A DNA stretch of 64,000 bases from Rubripirellula sp. (GTDB taxonomy: Bacteria; Planctomycetota; Planctomycetia; Pirellulales; Pirellulaceae): assembly GCA_965216875.1 (NCBI GenBank), contig OZ244207.1:1984001-2048000 (forward strand), in the 5' to 3' direction. The stretch's first letter is position 1, and each line of letters opens with the position of its first letter. Positions 21,366 to 29,762 of this stretch are shown in pieces. The notes under the pieces were generated by a model. That model saw only the letters and a program-made list of their open reading frames with translations. It was not told where the DNA came from and did no database searches. The position numbers and the translations under genes were made by a program.

Positions 21366-21674
21366 TCAGATCTGTATGGCCCATCCGGCGTCGCTGACAC
21401 TCTCGTTCTTGTCCAGCGTCAAGCACAACGCGAAGCCGCCACCACCACGCGTGTGCGGCTTGCCAACGAAGAAAAAGTAGGTGAGCTGCTCTTGTCCGTC
21501 TGGGCCGTGACGGCCCGAATAGTCACTGCTTCCGAGCACGCCGACGATTTGGGACTTGGTCGTGCCAATGAGAGATTCAAGCTCCGGCCGCGAAAAGTCC
21601 TGAGGGTAGCTCCCTTCTGGCAAGAGGCGGATCGATTCAAGCGTCTCGTGTAGTTCGGTCAACAGCGGGTTCAT
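21366..21674 (-). CDS. Hypothetical protein with SmpA/BamE-like motif (cargo ORF C)
   Basis: 102 aa from MNPLLTE. LIGTTKSQIVGVLG...LTYFF resembles the GMTxxQVxxxLGxP...WxY pattern. Confidence 0.55.
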   Translation of the reverse strand: MNPLLTELHETLESIRLLPEGSYPQDFSRPELESLIGTTKSQIVGVLGSSDYSGRHGPDGQEQLTYFFFVGKPHTRGGGGFALCLTLDKNESVSDAGWAIQI

Positions 21675-21762
21675 GAGCAAAGGGGTATGTTCTTGTGTTT
21701 GCCGGAAATGAACGTTGGTGGGTCTATTCAATCCAAAAAGCGTGTCAGGACTCAGTCCCGAC

Positions 21763-21840
21763 GTAGGGTGTGTGCTCGCACGCACCAGCAACAAGATTCG
21801 ATTCCACCACGAGAAATTTTGTGCGTGCAAGCACACCCAC
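21763..21840. repeat. REP doublet element 4 (right arm degenerate)
   Basis: Left arm intact. The right arm GTGCGTGCAAGCACACCCAC lacks the terminal CTAC. Confidence 0.85.
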
Positions 21841-21876
21841 GTCGCGAAGCCTAAATGAGGCCTCACAACCCTTCTA

Positions 21877-22392
21877 CTAGTCGTTAGGGGTGAAGTCGAG
21901 CTGTACAAACGGGCGAGGCTTCTCTTCTGAGAAGGGCTGCAGGATTTTGGCCGGCTTGTCATCAACGGAGCGAAAAACATCGGGCAACGGCAGTAGCTCA
22001 TCAAGGTATTCGAGTGCCACTTTTCCATGCAGCGCCTTCACGTCGCCGTTTCGAGCCCATGTGCCGCATGTTCCGCAGAGGGTTACCATCGAGGACGGTT
22101 TGCCCGGCCGCTTGATCGTTACAGCATAGGCGGGGCTGTGTCCACAAAAGGGTACGTTTGGATCGTCTGCTAGCTCCTTGCGTAAGATTTTCTTCAGTTT
22201 CGCCGCCTCGGCAACGTTTAGCCGACGCATCCCCAGAATGTCTGCTTCCCTCTTTTGCCATTGGGTCGACATCGTCGTTTCGTCCTCGATCGCACCGCGT
22301 GGATCGAGCAAATGAATGACAACGCGCTCAGGCTCACCTGCTCCGACAGAAGCGACGATGGCTATTGTGAAAAGGGCAACGAAACTTCGCAT
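21877..22392 (-). CDS. Secreted hypothetical protein with Cys/His motifs (cargo ORF D)
   Basis: Signal peptide MRSFVALFTIAIVASVGA, with FCGHSP and LCGTC. Confidence 0.65.
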   Translation of the reverse strand: MRSFVALFTIAIVASVGAGEPERVVIHLLDPRGAIEDETTMSTQWQKREADILGMRRLNVAEAAKLKKILRKELADDPNVPFCGHSPAYAVTIKRPGKPSSMVTLCGTCGTWARNGDVKALHGKVALEYLDELLPLPDVFRSVDDKPAKILQPFSEEKPRPFVQLDFTPND

Positions 22393-22439
22393 GACATTGA
22401 CCTGCAAATTCAAGTATTCAATCGAGCTCGAGGAGGTTT

Positions 22440-22463
22440 GGTGCGTGCAAGCATACGCCCTAC
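22440..22463 (-). repeat. Half element 5 (right arm plus spacer remnant)
   Basis: GGTGCGTGCAAGCATACGCCCTAC preceded by GGAGGTTT, as in the element 1 spacer. Confidence 0.8.
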
Positions 22464-22478
22464 GGGGTTATGAAGCGT

Positions 22479-22823
22479 CTAATCATCCATGGTGGCGTTG
22501 ACGTTGAATGGTTTTGAAAACCACACCAAGACTCCGATGGCGATGAACAGTCCCGACAGGATGAAGGTCAAGATGCGCATATAAATGTGCAAACCTCCCA
22601 CCGCTCGCACACGCGCTTCGACCGAATAGTCGGGCATCGCATACTCGGCTTGAAATGCCTCAACCTGTTGTTGGTCGATCAAGCGATAGGTGCTGAATTC
22701 ATGCACGGTGGCAATCGCATGCGCGTCGTGAATCCCCATGATAAGCAGCGGCAAAAACCAGGAAAGGACGGTGCCGAAGATGCAAAGCATGAGCAGAGTT
22801 TTTCGATGCTTCATGCTTTCCAT
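22479..22823 (-). CDS. Hypothetical two-TM membrane protein (cargo ORF E)
   Basis: 114 aa with two hydrophobic helices. The first ATG is 1 nt from element 6. Confidence 0.65.
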   Translation of the reverse strand: MESMKHRKTLLMLCIFGTVLSWFLPLLIMGIHDAHAIATVHEFSTYRLIDQQQVEAFQAEYAMPDYSVEARVRAVGGLHIYMRILTFILSGLFIAIGVLVWFSKPFNVNATMDD

Positions 22824-22824
22824 T

Positions 22825-22904
22825 GTAGCGTGTGTGCTTGCACGCACGAATCCTACAAAACCGAACGTGGTCCTTAGATTGGTGCGTGCGAGCACACACC
22901 CTAC
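22825..22904. repeat. REP doublet element 6, containing the queG stop codon
   Basis: GTAGCGTGTGTGCTTGCACGCACG...GGTGCGTGCGAGCACACACCCTAC, 80 bp. Confidence 0.9.
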
Positions 22905-24010
22905 GAAAGGTTTTGCGGTTTCATTGCGTCGACGATTTCGCGGAGCACGTCTTGGTCGGCTTCCTGTTGACGCCGTTGATTCAACAGCCTGACGCAGGTC
23001 TCGTTGCCAATGCGACCGAGTGCCCATGCCGATGCGGATCTCACGACCGGTTCGTCGTCTTGGAGTCCTTTGGCGAGTGCTTCGATCGCGGAGGTATCAC
23101 GTTGATTGCCCAGGACGATCGCGGCGTTTCGCAACACACCCCGACGACGGGTGCGCCAAAGTGGTGTCTTTCGAAAGCGAGCGCGGAATTCGTCGTCGTC
23201 AATCTCGAAGAGTTCTTTCAGCGACAGCGACTCGAATTCCGTTTCTGGCATCGCGGCCTTTTTGGTCGACTTGCGGTTCCAAGGACACACCTCTTGGCAG
23301 ACATCACAGCCGAAAAGCCAATCGCCGATCCCTTCGCGAAGTTCCACCGGCATCGGGCCCCGATGTTCGATCGTCAGGTAGCTGATGCATTTCGATGCAT
23401 CGAGCACATTGGGTGCTGGAAAGGCATCGGTCGGACATGCATCAAGGCATGCCGTGCAGGTTCCGCAATGCGCCGACTCATGGGGCATGTCGGCCGGCAG
23501 GTCGAGGTCAGTCAACAGGCAAGCAAGAAAGAAATAGCTGCCGAGTTGTTTGTTGAGCAGCAGTGTGTTTTTCCCTCGCCAACCGAGACCGGCCAACTGA
23601 GCGAATTCGCGTTCCATCAACGGTGCGGTATCAACAATCCCTCGAAAGTTGGCGTCAGGGCAATCCGCTTTGAGCGTTCGCGCGATTGACTTGAGTTTGG
23701 GATGGATCACATCGTGGTAGTCGATCCCCGACCAAACGTATCGCGCGACGCGTCCGTGACCCTGAGCTGCCGTACCCGATTGAGCGGCCGAATAGGGATA
23801 AGCGAGTACGACGATACTTTTTGCCGACGGGAGCACACCGCTGGGATGCCGATAGGCGTCTTGCCGATTCTTGAAATAGTCCATCTCGGCCGCATAGCCT
23901 GATTCAATCCAACGAACCAAGTCGGCGTAGCCCTTCGAATCGACCGCCGGCGCTATACCGCACAGTACAAAACCTTGGTCGCTTGCACTTTGGCGTATCA
24001 GGTCAAGCAT
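22901..24010 (-). CDS. queG: tRNA epoxyqueuosine(34) reductase QueG
   Basis: ARY..G.DYH, VDTAPLMER, GWRGKNT, CGTCTACLDACPT, CISYLTIE, FGCDVCQEVCPWN and C-terminal HEAT repeats. Confidence 0.95.
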   Translation of the reverse strand: MLDLIRQSASDQGFVLCGIAPAVDSKGYADLVRWIESGYAAEMDYFKNRQDAYRHPSGVLPSAKSIVVLAYPYSAAQSGTAAQGHGRVARYVWSGIDYHDVIHPKLKSIARTLKADCPDANFRGIVDTAPLMEREFAQLAGLGWRGKNTLLLNKQLGSYFFLACLLTDLDLPADMPHESAHCGTCTACLDACPTDAFPAPNVLDASKCISYLTIEHRGPMPVELREGIGDWLFGCDVCQEVCPWNRKSTKKAAMPETEFESLSLKELFEIDDDEFRARFRKTPLWRTRRRGVLRNAAIVLGNQRDTSAIEALAKGLQDDEPVVRSASAWALGRIGNETCVRLLNQRRQQEADQDVLREIVDAMKPQNLS

Positions 24011-24072
24011 GTTGTTGGAGCGGTGCCTGTATCAAAACGGGAGCCATCGTCGCCGTTCGCGCTGAGGGAATA

Positions 24073-24134
24073 GTCGCCTTTCGCTCCGCGAAAGTAGCGT
24101 TTGTGTGCGCAACTTTCGCGGAGCGAAAGGCGAC
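24073..24134. repeat. Palindromic intergenic repeat (family D)
   Basis: Perfect 23 bp arms GTCGCCTTTCGCTCCGCGAAAGT / ACTTTCGCGGAGCGAAAGGCGAC. A second copy lies at 40409. Confidence 0.85.
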
Positions 24135-24150
24135 ATTGAGAAGACATTGA

Positions 24151-25956
24151 TTATCGACGGTAGATGCCGTCGGTTCCAGCCGCCTCGGGCTGAGCGGCAA
24201 TGCGGCTGTCGTTGTCACGAATGGCGTGGCGGTAATAGGATTCGAGGCAGAGTGTCGCCATTGAGGTTGTGTAAACCGTTCCGCCGTAGCGTCCCCAAAC
24301 GGTGTCGGTCGACCAGCTTCCATCGCTCCGCTGCGTCGCGAGCAGGCGCTGTTGCAGCGCCTCATTCCATCGTTTCCAGCCGTCGTCTTGAAGCTGATGA
24401 AGCGCTAGCGTCGCGTAGTACCAATAGTAGTAGTTGTCTTGTCCCGATCCGGGAGGCTGCTGCAAGATGAACCGTTGCGCCTCATCGATCTCGGCCTGCG
24501 TCACCGTTTCGCCGATCAGCAGTCGTGTCGCCAAGGCTTCGGCGGTCATCGTACGACTGGGGCGTTCCTCAGGACGATAGCTTGCCAAACCGCCCGATCG
24601 ACCTTTTCGCACGGTACGCAAGAAACGGCCAATTCCAGATACCGCGCGACCATCAATAGGGATCCGTGCGCGATGTCCCGCGTCGAGCACCATCGCTTGC
24701 CAACCGAGTTGGCTGAGGTCACCGGGGTCACCGGCGGTGTAACGCCATCCGCCCGTGGTTGGATGTTGTTGCGAAGTGGTGTAGCTGATCGCTCGTCGCG
24801 CCGATTCGATCGCAGAGGGGTCCTTCGTGATCGCGGCGCATTCGCACATCGCAAGCGCTGCCATGCCGTGACTGTATGTGGCCGCATAGGGCTGAGCCTT
24901 TCCGGCGAGCGAGCCGTTGGGCTGCTGGATTCGAATCAAATAGGCCAGCCCACGAAAAACGTTATCAGCGTATTCACCCTCGAGATGCGTTTGCCCCGCT
25001 CCCATCAGTGTGAGCAACGCGAGTCCGGTGATTGCTGATTCGGCGCGTGATCCGGTACCAGGGCGTGCAACCCCTAAGATCTTTCGACCTTCGCGGCCGG
25101 CACCCGAAGCGAGCGGATCCCATGCGCCATCAGCGCGTTGGGCTTGGACTAAGAAACGGAGCGCAGCTTGCACGGCAGCTTCGGTTTCGACGCTACCGCC
25201 CGTTTGCATGAGCGCCAACTCTTTCGCTTTACCGACTCGGTTTGCAAAATCGTTTTCGAGCGCGCCCGGCACATGTTGCTTCGGCGCCGATGCGGTCGGG
25301 CGAGGCTGGGCCCTAGCAGTGTTCGAGGTTTGCGGCTGTTGCGAGGCAGTCTTTTTTGACGGTGTTGACACTGCCACGGCAGGTGTGCCGCTCGCAACGG
25401 GAGCCTCGGGTGCAAACGCCTCACTCAGCATGTTGCTCAGTTCTTCGTCAACCGAATCGACCTCGGGCATTCCGAGTTCGGCCACCGATTGAAAGATTTC
25501 AGGCAGGTCTTCTTGAACGGTTTCCGCTTCAACTGTATCGCTCTCTTCCGCATCGGCAACCGCTTCGCTTTCAACAGGCGTGACCGGTTCCTCGAGCAGT
25601 TCGTTTAGCTCGGCCACTGGCAATGGCGCGACCACGGCCTCTTGTTCATCACCGGCCGCTTCGTCCGACTGTAGATCTGGATCAAAACTCGAGAACTCGA
25701 CAGTGTTTGCTCCGCTGTCCGCAACCGTTTCATCGGCCGCTTTCGCGCCTCCGCCGGTTTGCGGAAGCAGGGGAACGAGAAAGATGAGGGCGGCATGGAG
25801 GATGATCGAGACCATCAAACAGATCACCGCGGCTTGACGACCCTGTCGCTGCCGGCGACCGAATAGCCATAGTGTGATCAACAGCAACGCGACGGCGGCT
25901 GCAGCGACGGTGTAGACGAGCCGAGGATCGGCCCAAAGTTGGGCGGGTTGGTTCAC
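24151..25956 (-). CDS. Membrane-anchored prenyltransferase/squalene-cyclase-repeat protein
   Basis: Two N-terminal TM helices (second with SIILH), an acidic Pro-rich linker, then QRADGAW, QQPNGS, GGWRY, YYWYYAT and QRSDGSW repeats. Confidence 0.8.
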   Translation of the reverse strand: MNQPAQLWADPRLVYTVAAAAVALLLITLWLFGRRQRQGRQAAVICLMVSIILHAALIFLVPLLPQTGGGAKAADETVADSGANTVEFSSFDPDLQSDEAAGDEQEAVVAPLPVAELNELLEEPVTPVESEAVADAEESDTVEAETVQEDLPEIFQSVAELGMPEVDSVDEELSNMLSEAFAPEAPVASGTPAVAVSTPSKKTASQQPQTSNTARAQPRPTASAPKQHVPGALENDFANRVGKAKELALMQTGGSVETEAAVQAALRFLVQAQRADGAWDPLASGAGREGRKILGVARPGTGSRAESAITGLALLTLMGAGQTHLEGEYADNVFRGLAYLIRIQQPNGSLAGKAQPYAATYSHGMAALAMCECAAITKDPSAIESARRAISYTTSQQHPTTGGWRYTAGDPGDLSQLGWQAMVLDAGHRARIPIDGRAVSGIGRFLRTVRKGRSGGLASYRPEERPSRTMTAEALATRLLIGETVTQAEIDEAQRFILQQPPGSGQDNYYYWYYATLALHQLQDDGWKRWNEALQQRLLATQRSDGSWSTDTVWGRYGGTVYTTSMATLCLESYYRHAIRDNDSRIAAQPEAAGTDGIYRR

Positions 25957-26363
25957 CGCCGCATCCTTGTCGAGATTCCGATTTGGTCAACGCCGCTACT
26001 TCGAACGGCATGCAACACTTCCACCGTTTGCTGGTTGGTTCCATTCGCATCGGCCCGAACAGCGACTCGCATCGCCGGATAGCTTTGATGCTGCTCGCGA
26101 AGGGTTGCGGTCAGCTCAGGGATCGTCATCGGTTGCCCGTCGAGCGAGATCGTTCCGTCGACCTCGATCGCAACGATTCGTTCATCGGGAACTCGCGTGA
26201 TCGAACGCATGTCACCGACGGTCGGAACGTTCACTTTGATCCGGCTTTCGGCTTCGCTGAACTTGCTGCCGACCATGAAGAAGATCACCAACAGGAACAC
26301 GACGTCGATCATCGGCGTCAGGTTGATCGTCGCGTCTTCGGATCGTTCTCTTCGAGCAGTCAT
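25953..26363 (-). CDS. exbD: Biopolymer transporter ExbD/TolR
   Basis: INLTPMIDVVFLLVIFFMV and VRAD. Confidence 0.92.
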   Translation of the reverse strand: MTARRERSEDATINLTPMIDVVFLLVIFFMVGSKFSEAESRIKVNVPTVGDMRSITRVPDERIVAIEVDGTISLDGQPMTIPELTATLREQHQSYPAMRVAVRADANGTNQQTVEVLHAVRSSGVDQIGISTRMRR

Positions 26364-26391
26364 GGGATTCCCTACCTTTGCGGTTCACTTT

Positions 26392-27444
26392 CTAAGCAGC
26401 GCGACGCTTGCGTGAACCGCGCGAGTTTGAGTTGTTTTCGAGCCCTTCGGCCGAGATGCAATCGACGACACGTTGGCACAGCTTGTCGATTTCATTGAGG
26501 TAGCTGTCCGACTTGCTGCTGAAATACATGTAGGCCAGGTAGGCGGGAATCGCGACGCTCAAGCCACCCGCGGTCGTCATCAAGGCGACACTAATGCCTG
26601 ATGCGAGTGCTTCGGGTCGGCCGATCGATTCCTGTGTGCTGATCACGTCGAAGGCTTGGATCATTCCGATCACCGTCCCAAGCAGACCGAGTAGGGGGGC
26701 GACGTTCGAGATCGCATGAAAGACTCTCAAGAAGCGGCGCAACCGTTCGGAAACTCGGTCTCCTGCGTCCATCACGGCTTGTTCAATTTCGAACATGGGG
26801 CGGCCCCACCGGCGCACTGCGGCGCGGAACACCTCGGCGACCGGGCAATCGAACTCTTCGCAGATCTCTGCCGCTTCGTCGTAACTGAGCTGGCCGTCTT
26901 CAACGCATTCGGTAAAGCGACGGACAAACGGGCGTGGGATCACGCGCCGACGTCGTAGGGCGATCATCCTTTCGAGTGAAAGTGTCAAAACGACGAGCGA
27001 ACAGATCCCGAGTGGAATCATCAACCATCCGCCCTGGGCGATTTTGGTGATGAAGGCTGGCATCTGCCACGGCTCGGCCGCTTCCGCTTGTCCAGCGGCT
27101 GGAGCGTTGGGATCGCCCTGAGGTCCGGTCATTGCGGCGGACGGAATGGTTGGAATGGCTGAGGGTTGCCCGAGACTCTGACCAGCGGTTGTTGGTCGCG
27201 CCGTCGTGGGGGCGAACTGTGGTTGCTGGGCGATGCGGACCGAAGGCTGCGGAGCCTGATTGAATTGGGGTGGCTGGAACTGCCCATGCGCTTGTTGCAT
27301 CGATCCAGCGAGCCAGATGGCACCGCCACAGAGCACCAGTGCAGGAACGATTCTCGACAGCAAGCCAGGCAAGTGATTCCGGCGCGATGGCGATTCGATC
27401 AACCGGGTTCGGCGAGCGACGGGACGTTTTCGTGAATCGTTCAT
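26392..27444 (-). CDS. exbB: MotA/TolQ/ExbB proton channel family protein
   Basis: GGWLMIPL, APLLGLLGTVIGMI and ALMTTAGGL. ATGA overlap with the upstream gene. Confidence 0.9.
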   Translation of the reverse strand: MNDSRKRPVARRTRLIESPSRRNHLPGLLSRIVPALVLCGGAIWLAGSMQQAHGQFQPPQFNQAPQPSVRIAQQPQFAPTTARPTTAGQSLGQPSAIPTIPSAAMTGPQGDPNAPAAGQAEAAEPWQMPAFITKIAQGGWLMIPLGICSLVVLTLSLERMIALRRRRVIPRPFVRRFTECVEDGQLSYDEAAEICEEFDCPVAEVFRAAVRRWGRPMFEIEQAVMDAGDRVSERLRRFLRVFHAISNVAPLLGLLGTVIGMIQAFDVISTQESIGRPEALASGISVALMTTAGGLSVAIPAYLAYMYFSSKSDSYLNEIDKLCQRVVDCISAEGLENNSNSRGSRKRRAA

Positions 27445-29573
27445 CTTCTCAATATCGGATCGGATTGTTGTTGATTCGGAACGTTTTCGGGTGCAATTGC
27501 GGCTAATCGCCGACGGGCCAACGCGGCATGCGGGCTGTTGGCAAATCGGTTCACAAGCCCCAAGTAGCAAACTGCGGCTTCGCGTGTCCGCCCCAATTGT
27601 TCAAAAGACTTGCCGGCCTGGACGAGCGACACCGCAGCAAACGCGCCCCCAGGGTCGATACCTTCGACGTGACGATAGGCCTCGATCGCCGAAGGGAAGT
27701 TTTGTTGCAAGTAGAAGGTCTCGCCGATCAACCATTGAGCACGCCCGCGAAGGGAAGCGTCGGTGTCGGTTGTTCGAACGACCTTTTCGAGGTGCCCGCG
27801 AGCCTGATCGAACTCGATGCGCCGAATCGCGAGCTCGGCATCAAGGAGGCTCACAAGCGAAAGGTGAAACACGTCTTCGCCAGCAGCTTGTCGAGCAGCG
27901 TCCACACGGCGCTGCGCAAGTTGCGCATCTTCGCCAGTCGACGTTTCCGTCTCTGCACAACGCAAGAGGGTTGCAAAATCATTGACATTGCGTTGCTCAA
28001 TCAAATGATTCCACCACGGCCGCGCGTCGGCTGGCCGTCCTGTTTGCATCAGCGCTTCGGCAAACAAGCGTTCCACGGAAGCGGTTCGCGACCGAGAGGG
28101 GTTGTCGATCGATTCGGTTTCTGAAGCGAGGGCCAGCATCGCCCAATGTTGTTGGCGTCCTGCCCAGCGACAGGCCGCCTCGCGTGCACCCTTCGTGATC
28201 GCGAGTTCCGCCGTGGGGGCGATAAAGCTAGCTGCGATTCGTTCGGCAAGCGATTGTTTTTTCGATGCGATCAGAGCTTGTAGTAGGTCCGACGTGAATT
28301 GGCCCGACTTGTCCATCGCCGCCAACCGTCGCGTGAATCGGTCAAAGGAATCGTCGTCGGCGGCGCCGGCTGCTGCGATGACTCCCCACTGAATGCGTCG
28401 TGCGTCAAGCAAGTCAAACCTTGCGGAAGCTGCATCCGACAGCAACCAGGCTTCGATTTCTTCCGGAACCTGTTCGAGGGAATGGTTGTTCGCCCGATTC
28501 TGAACCATCTGAAATGCAGAATCGGAATCGGGCCATCGCGACAGCAGGTCCGCTCGCATTCGTGATGCATCGTCCTTGCGTCCAGCCTGCTGCAAGCACT
28601 CGGCGCACGCCCGAGCTGCTCGCGGTGCATCGGCGTGGCTAGGAAACTCTTGAACGAATCGTGCCAGGTGCCGCGCCGCCTCTTCGGGACGATCGCCCAT
28701 CAGTGCCAGTGCCCAGGCGGCACCGAGTGCGGGCAACGCGCGGGCATCGCCATCAGTATTGGCGCCGGCGAGCGTGTAGGCCTTGTAGGCTGTGTGGTTA
28801 TCTTGCAGTGCAAAAGCAGCGCTACCAATTCGCAGGCACAGTTTTACTGCCATGCTTCGTTGCGTGCCCTCTTGGTCACCCGTCCCGTCCTGAGCGAGGA
28901 GTGGCATCAGGACCTCAAACGCTTCTGCGACCTGCTTGGTTTGCAGGAGCGACGAGCAGGCGGCAAGTCGAATGAGGTTGACCTTCTTGGCCGCCAGTTG
29001 TGTTGAGCCGCCCTGTTTCTCAGAAGCGCGAAGGCTCAGTCGGTAGAACTCGGCGGCTTGCTCTAGCTTGCCTACCTTTTCGAAAGCTTGTGCAAGTCTC
29101 GCGATGGGCAAGGTGGCTTCCGCACCTTCGTCGACCACGGTGCGGGCCAGGTTCGCCGCCGATGTGAGTTTAGAGGCGGCAATAAAGGCATCGATTTCCA
29201 CGGCGCGCGATGACGCGTCCTCGGTTGCCGATGCAACATTCGTGGTCGGCGATTGGCCATGCGCAAGCGAAGCACAGCAGAGAACGAAGACCACGAGCGA
29301 CAGTGATCGCACTCGCACCGCGTTGAGGCGGAGCGATCGGCGAGATTGAGTGGTTTGAGAGTTTTTCAGCGTGACGATGATGGGCGATCCATGCCTACAA
29401 AGTACGAGCCGTGATTTCGTGAGTCGCGTCAGCGAACGCGACGAAGCTTCATCGCTGACCGCGGCGGCCAAGCGTGCAGACTCACGACCCCGTAAATACC
29501 CCAATCGGTAAACCCAACGCAATCCTGGCTTTGCCCTGACCTTGCCAGTGCGATTCCCCTGCCAAGGTGACAC
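27441..29573 (-). CDS. Secreted TPR protein with CpoB/YbgF-like C-terminus
   Basis: Ala-rich TPR-like helices, AQWLIGETFY and LVNRFANSPHA. The true start is probably later, near 29318, before the signal peptide. Confidence 0.75.
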   Translation of the reverse strand: MSPWQGNRTGKVRAKPGLRWVYRLGYLRGRESARLAAAVSDEASSRSLTRLTKSRLVLCRHGSPIIVTLKNSQTTQSRRSLRLNAVRVRSLSLVVFVLCCASLAHGQSPTTNVASATEDASSRAVEIDAFIAASKLTSAANLARTVVDEGAEATLPIARLAQAFEKVGKLEQAAEFYRLSLRASEKQGGSTQLAAKKVNLIRLAACSSLLQTKQVAEAFEVLMPLLAQDGTGDQEGTQRSMAVKLCLRIGSAAFALQDNHTAYKAYTLAGANTDGDARALPALGAAWALALMGDRPEEAARHLARFVQEFPSHADAPRAARACAECLQQAGRKDDASRMRADLLSRWPDSDSAFQMVQNRANNHSLEQVPEEIEAWLLSDAASARFDLLDARRIQWGVIAAAGAADDDSFDRFTRRLAAMDKSGQFTSDLLQALIASKKQSLAERIAASFIAPTAELAITKGAREAACRWAGRQQHWAMLALASETESIDNPSRSRTASVERLFAEALMQTGRPADARPWWNHLIEQRNVNDFATLLRCAETETSTGEDAQLAQRRVDAARQAAGEDVFHLSLVSLLDAELAIRRIEFDQARGHLEKVVRTTDTDASLRGRAQWLIGETFYLQQNFPSAIEAYRHVEGIDPGGAFAAVSLVQAGKSFEQLGRTREAAVCYLGLVNRFANSPHAALARRRLAAIAPENVPNQQQSDPILRR

Positions 29574-29762
29574 GCGGTAGGCAATTTGGAGCCGAAAAAG
29601 GACCAGAATCGGTCGATCTGGGGAAAAGAGAGCTAGGCCCCAAAACTTCTTTCATCTACTCTGTAATGATCGAAAATCCCGTGTTTCGCGGCCTTTGACT
29701 CGCATTCTGCTGCCGCGGATTCACCCCCCACTTGGTTTGGCTCCGGTTCTAGAACACTTCGC

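Noticed and set aside
20131..22904. CRISPR array
   Set aside because: The repeats are inverted pairs separated by 360-600 bp gene-containing gaps, the inner spacers are related to one another, and there are no cas genes.
20131..22904. Classical integron attC sites
   Set aside because: The elements begin GTAG and end CTAC rather than RYYYAAC...GTTRRRY, each arm is itself a hairpin, and no tyrosine recombinase is in the window.
20122..23027. ORFs sharing the peptides VGCVLART / VRASTHPT / ACKHTPY (also near 5640, 11351 and 62519)
   Set aside because: These are translations of the REP sequence, not a protein family. The ORF-track extensions to 21400, 22028 and 23027 run through repeats.
24151..25956. 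Genuine squalene-hopene cyclase
   Set aside because: No DxDD motif, only one barrel-sized domain, and a TM/linker architecture in an exbBD operon.
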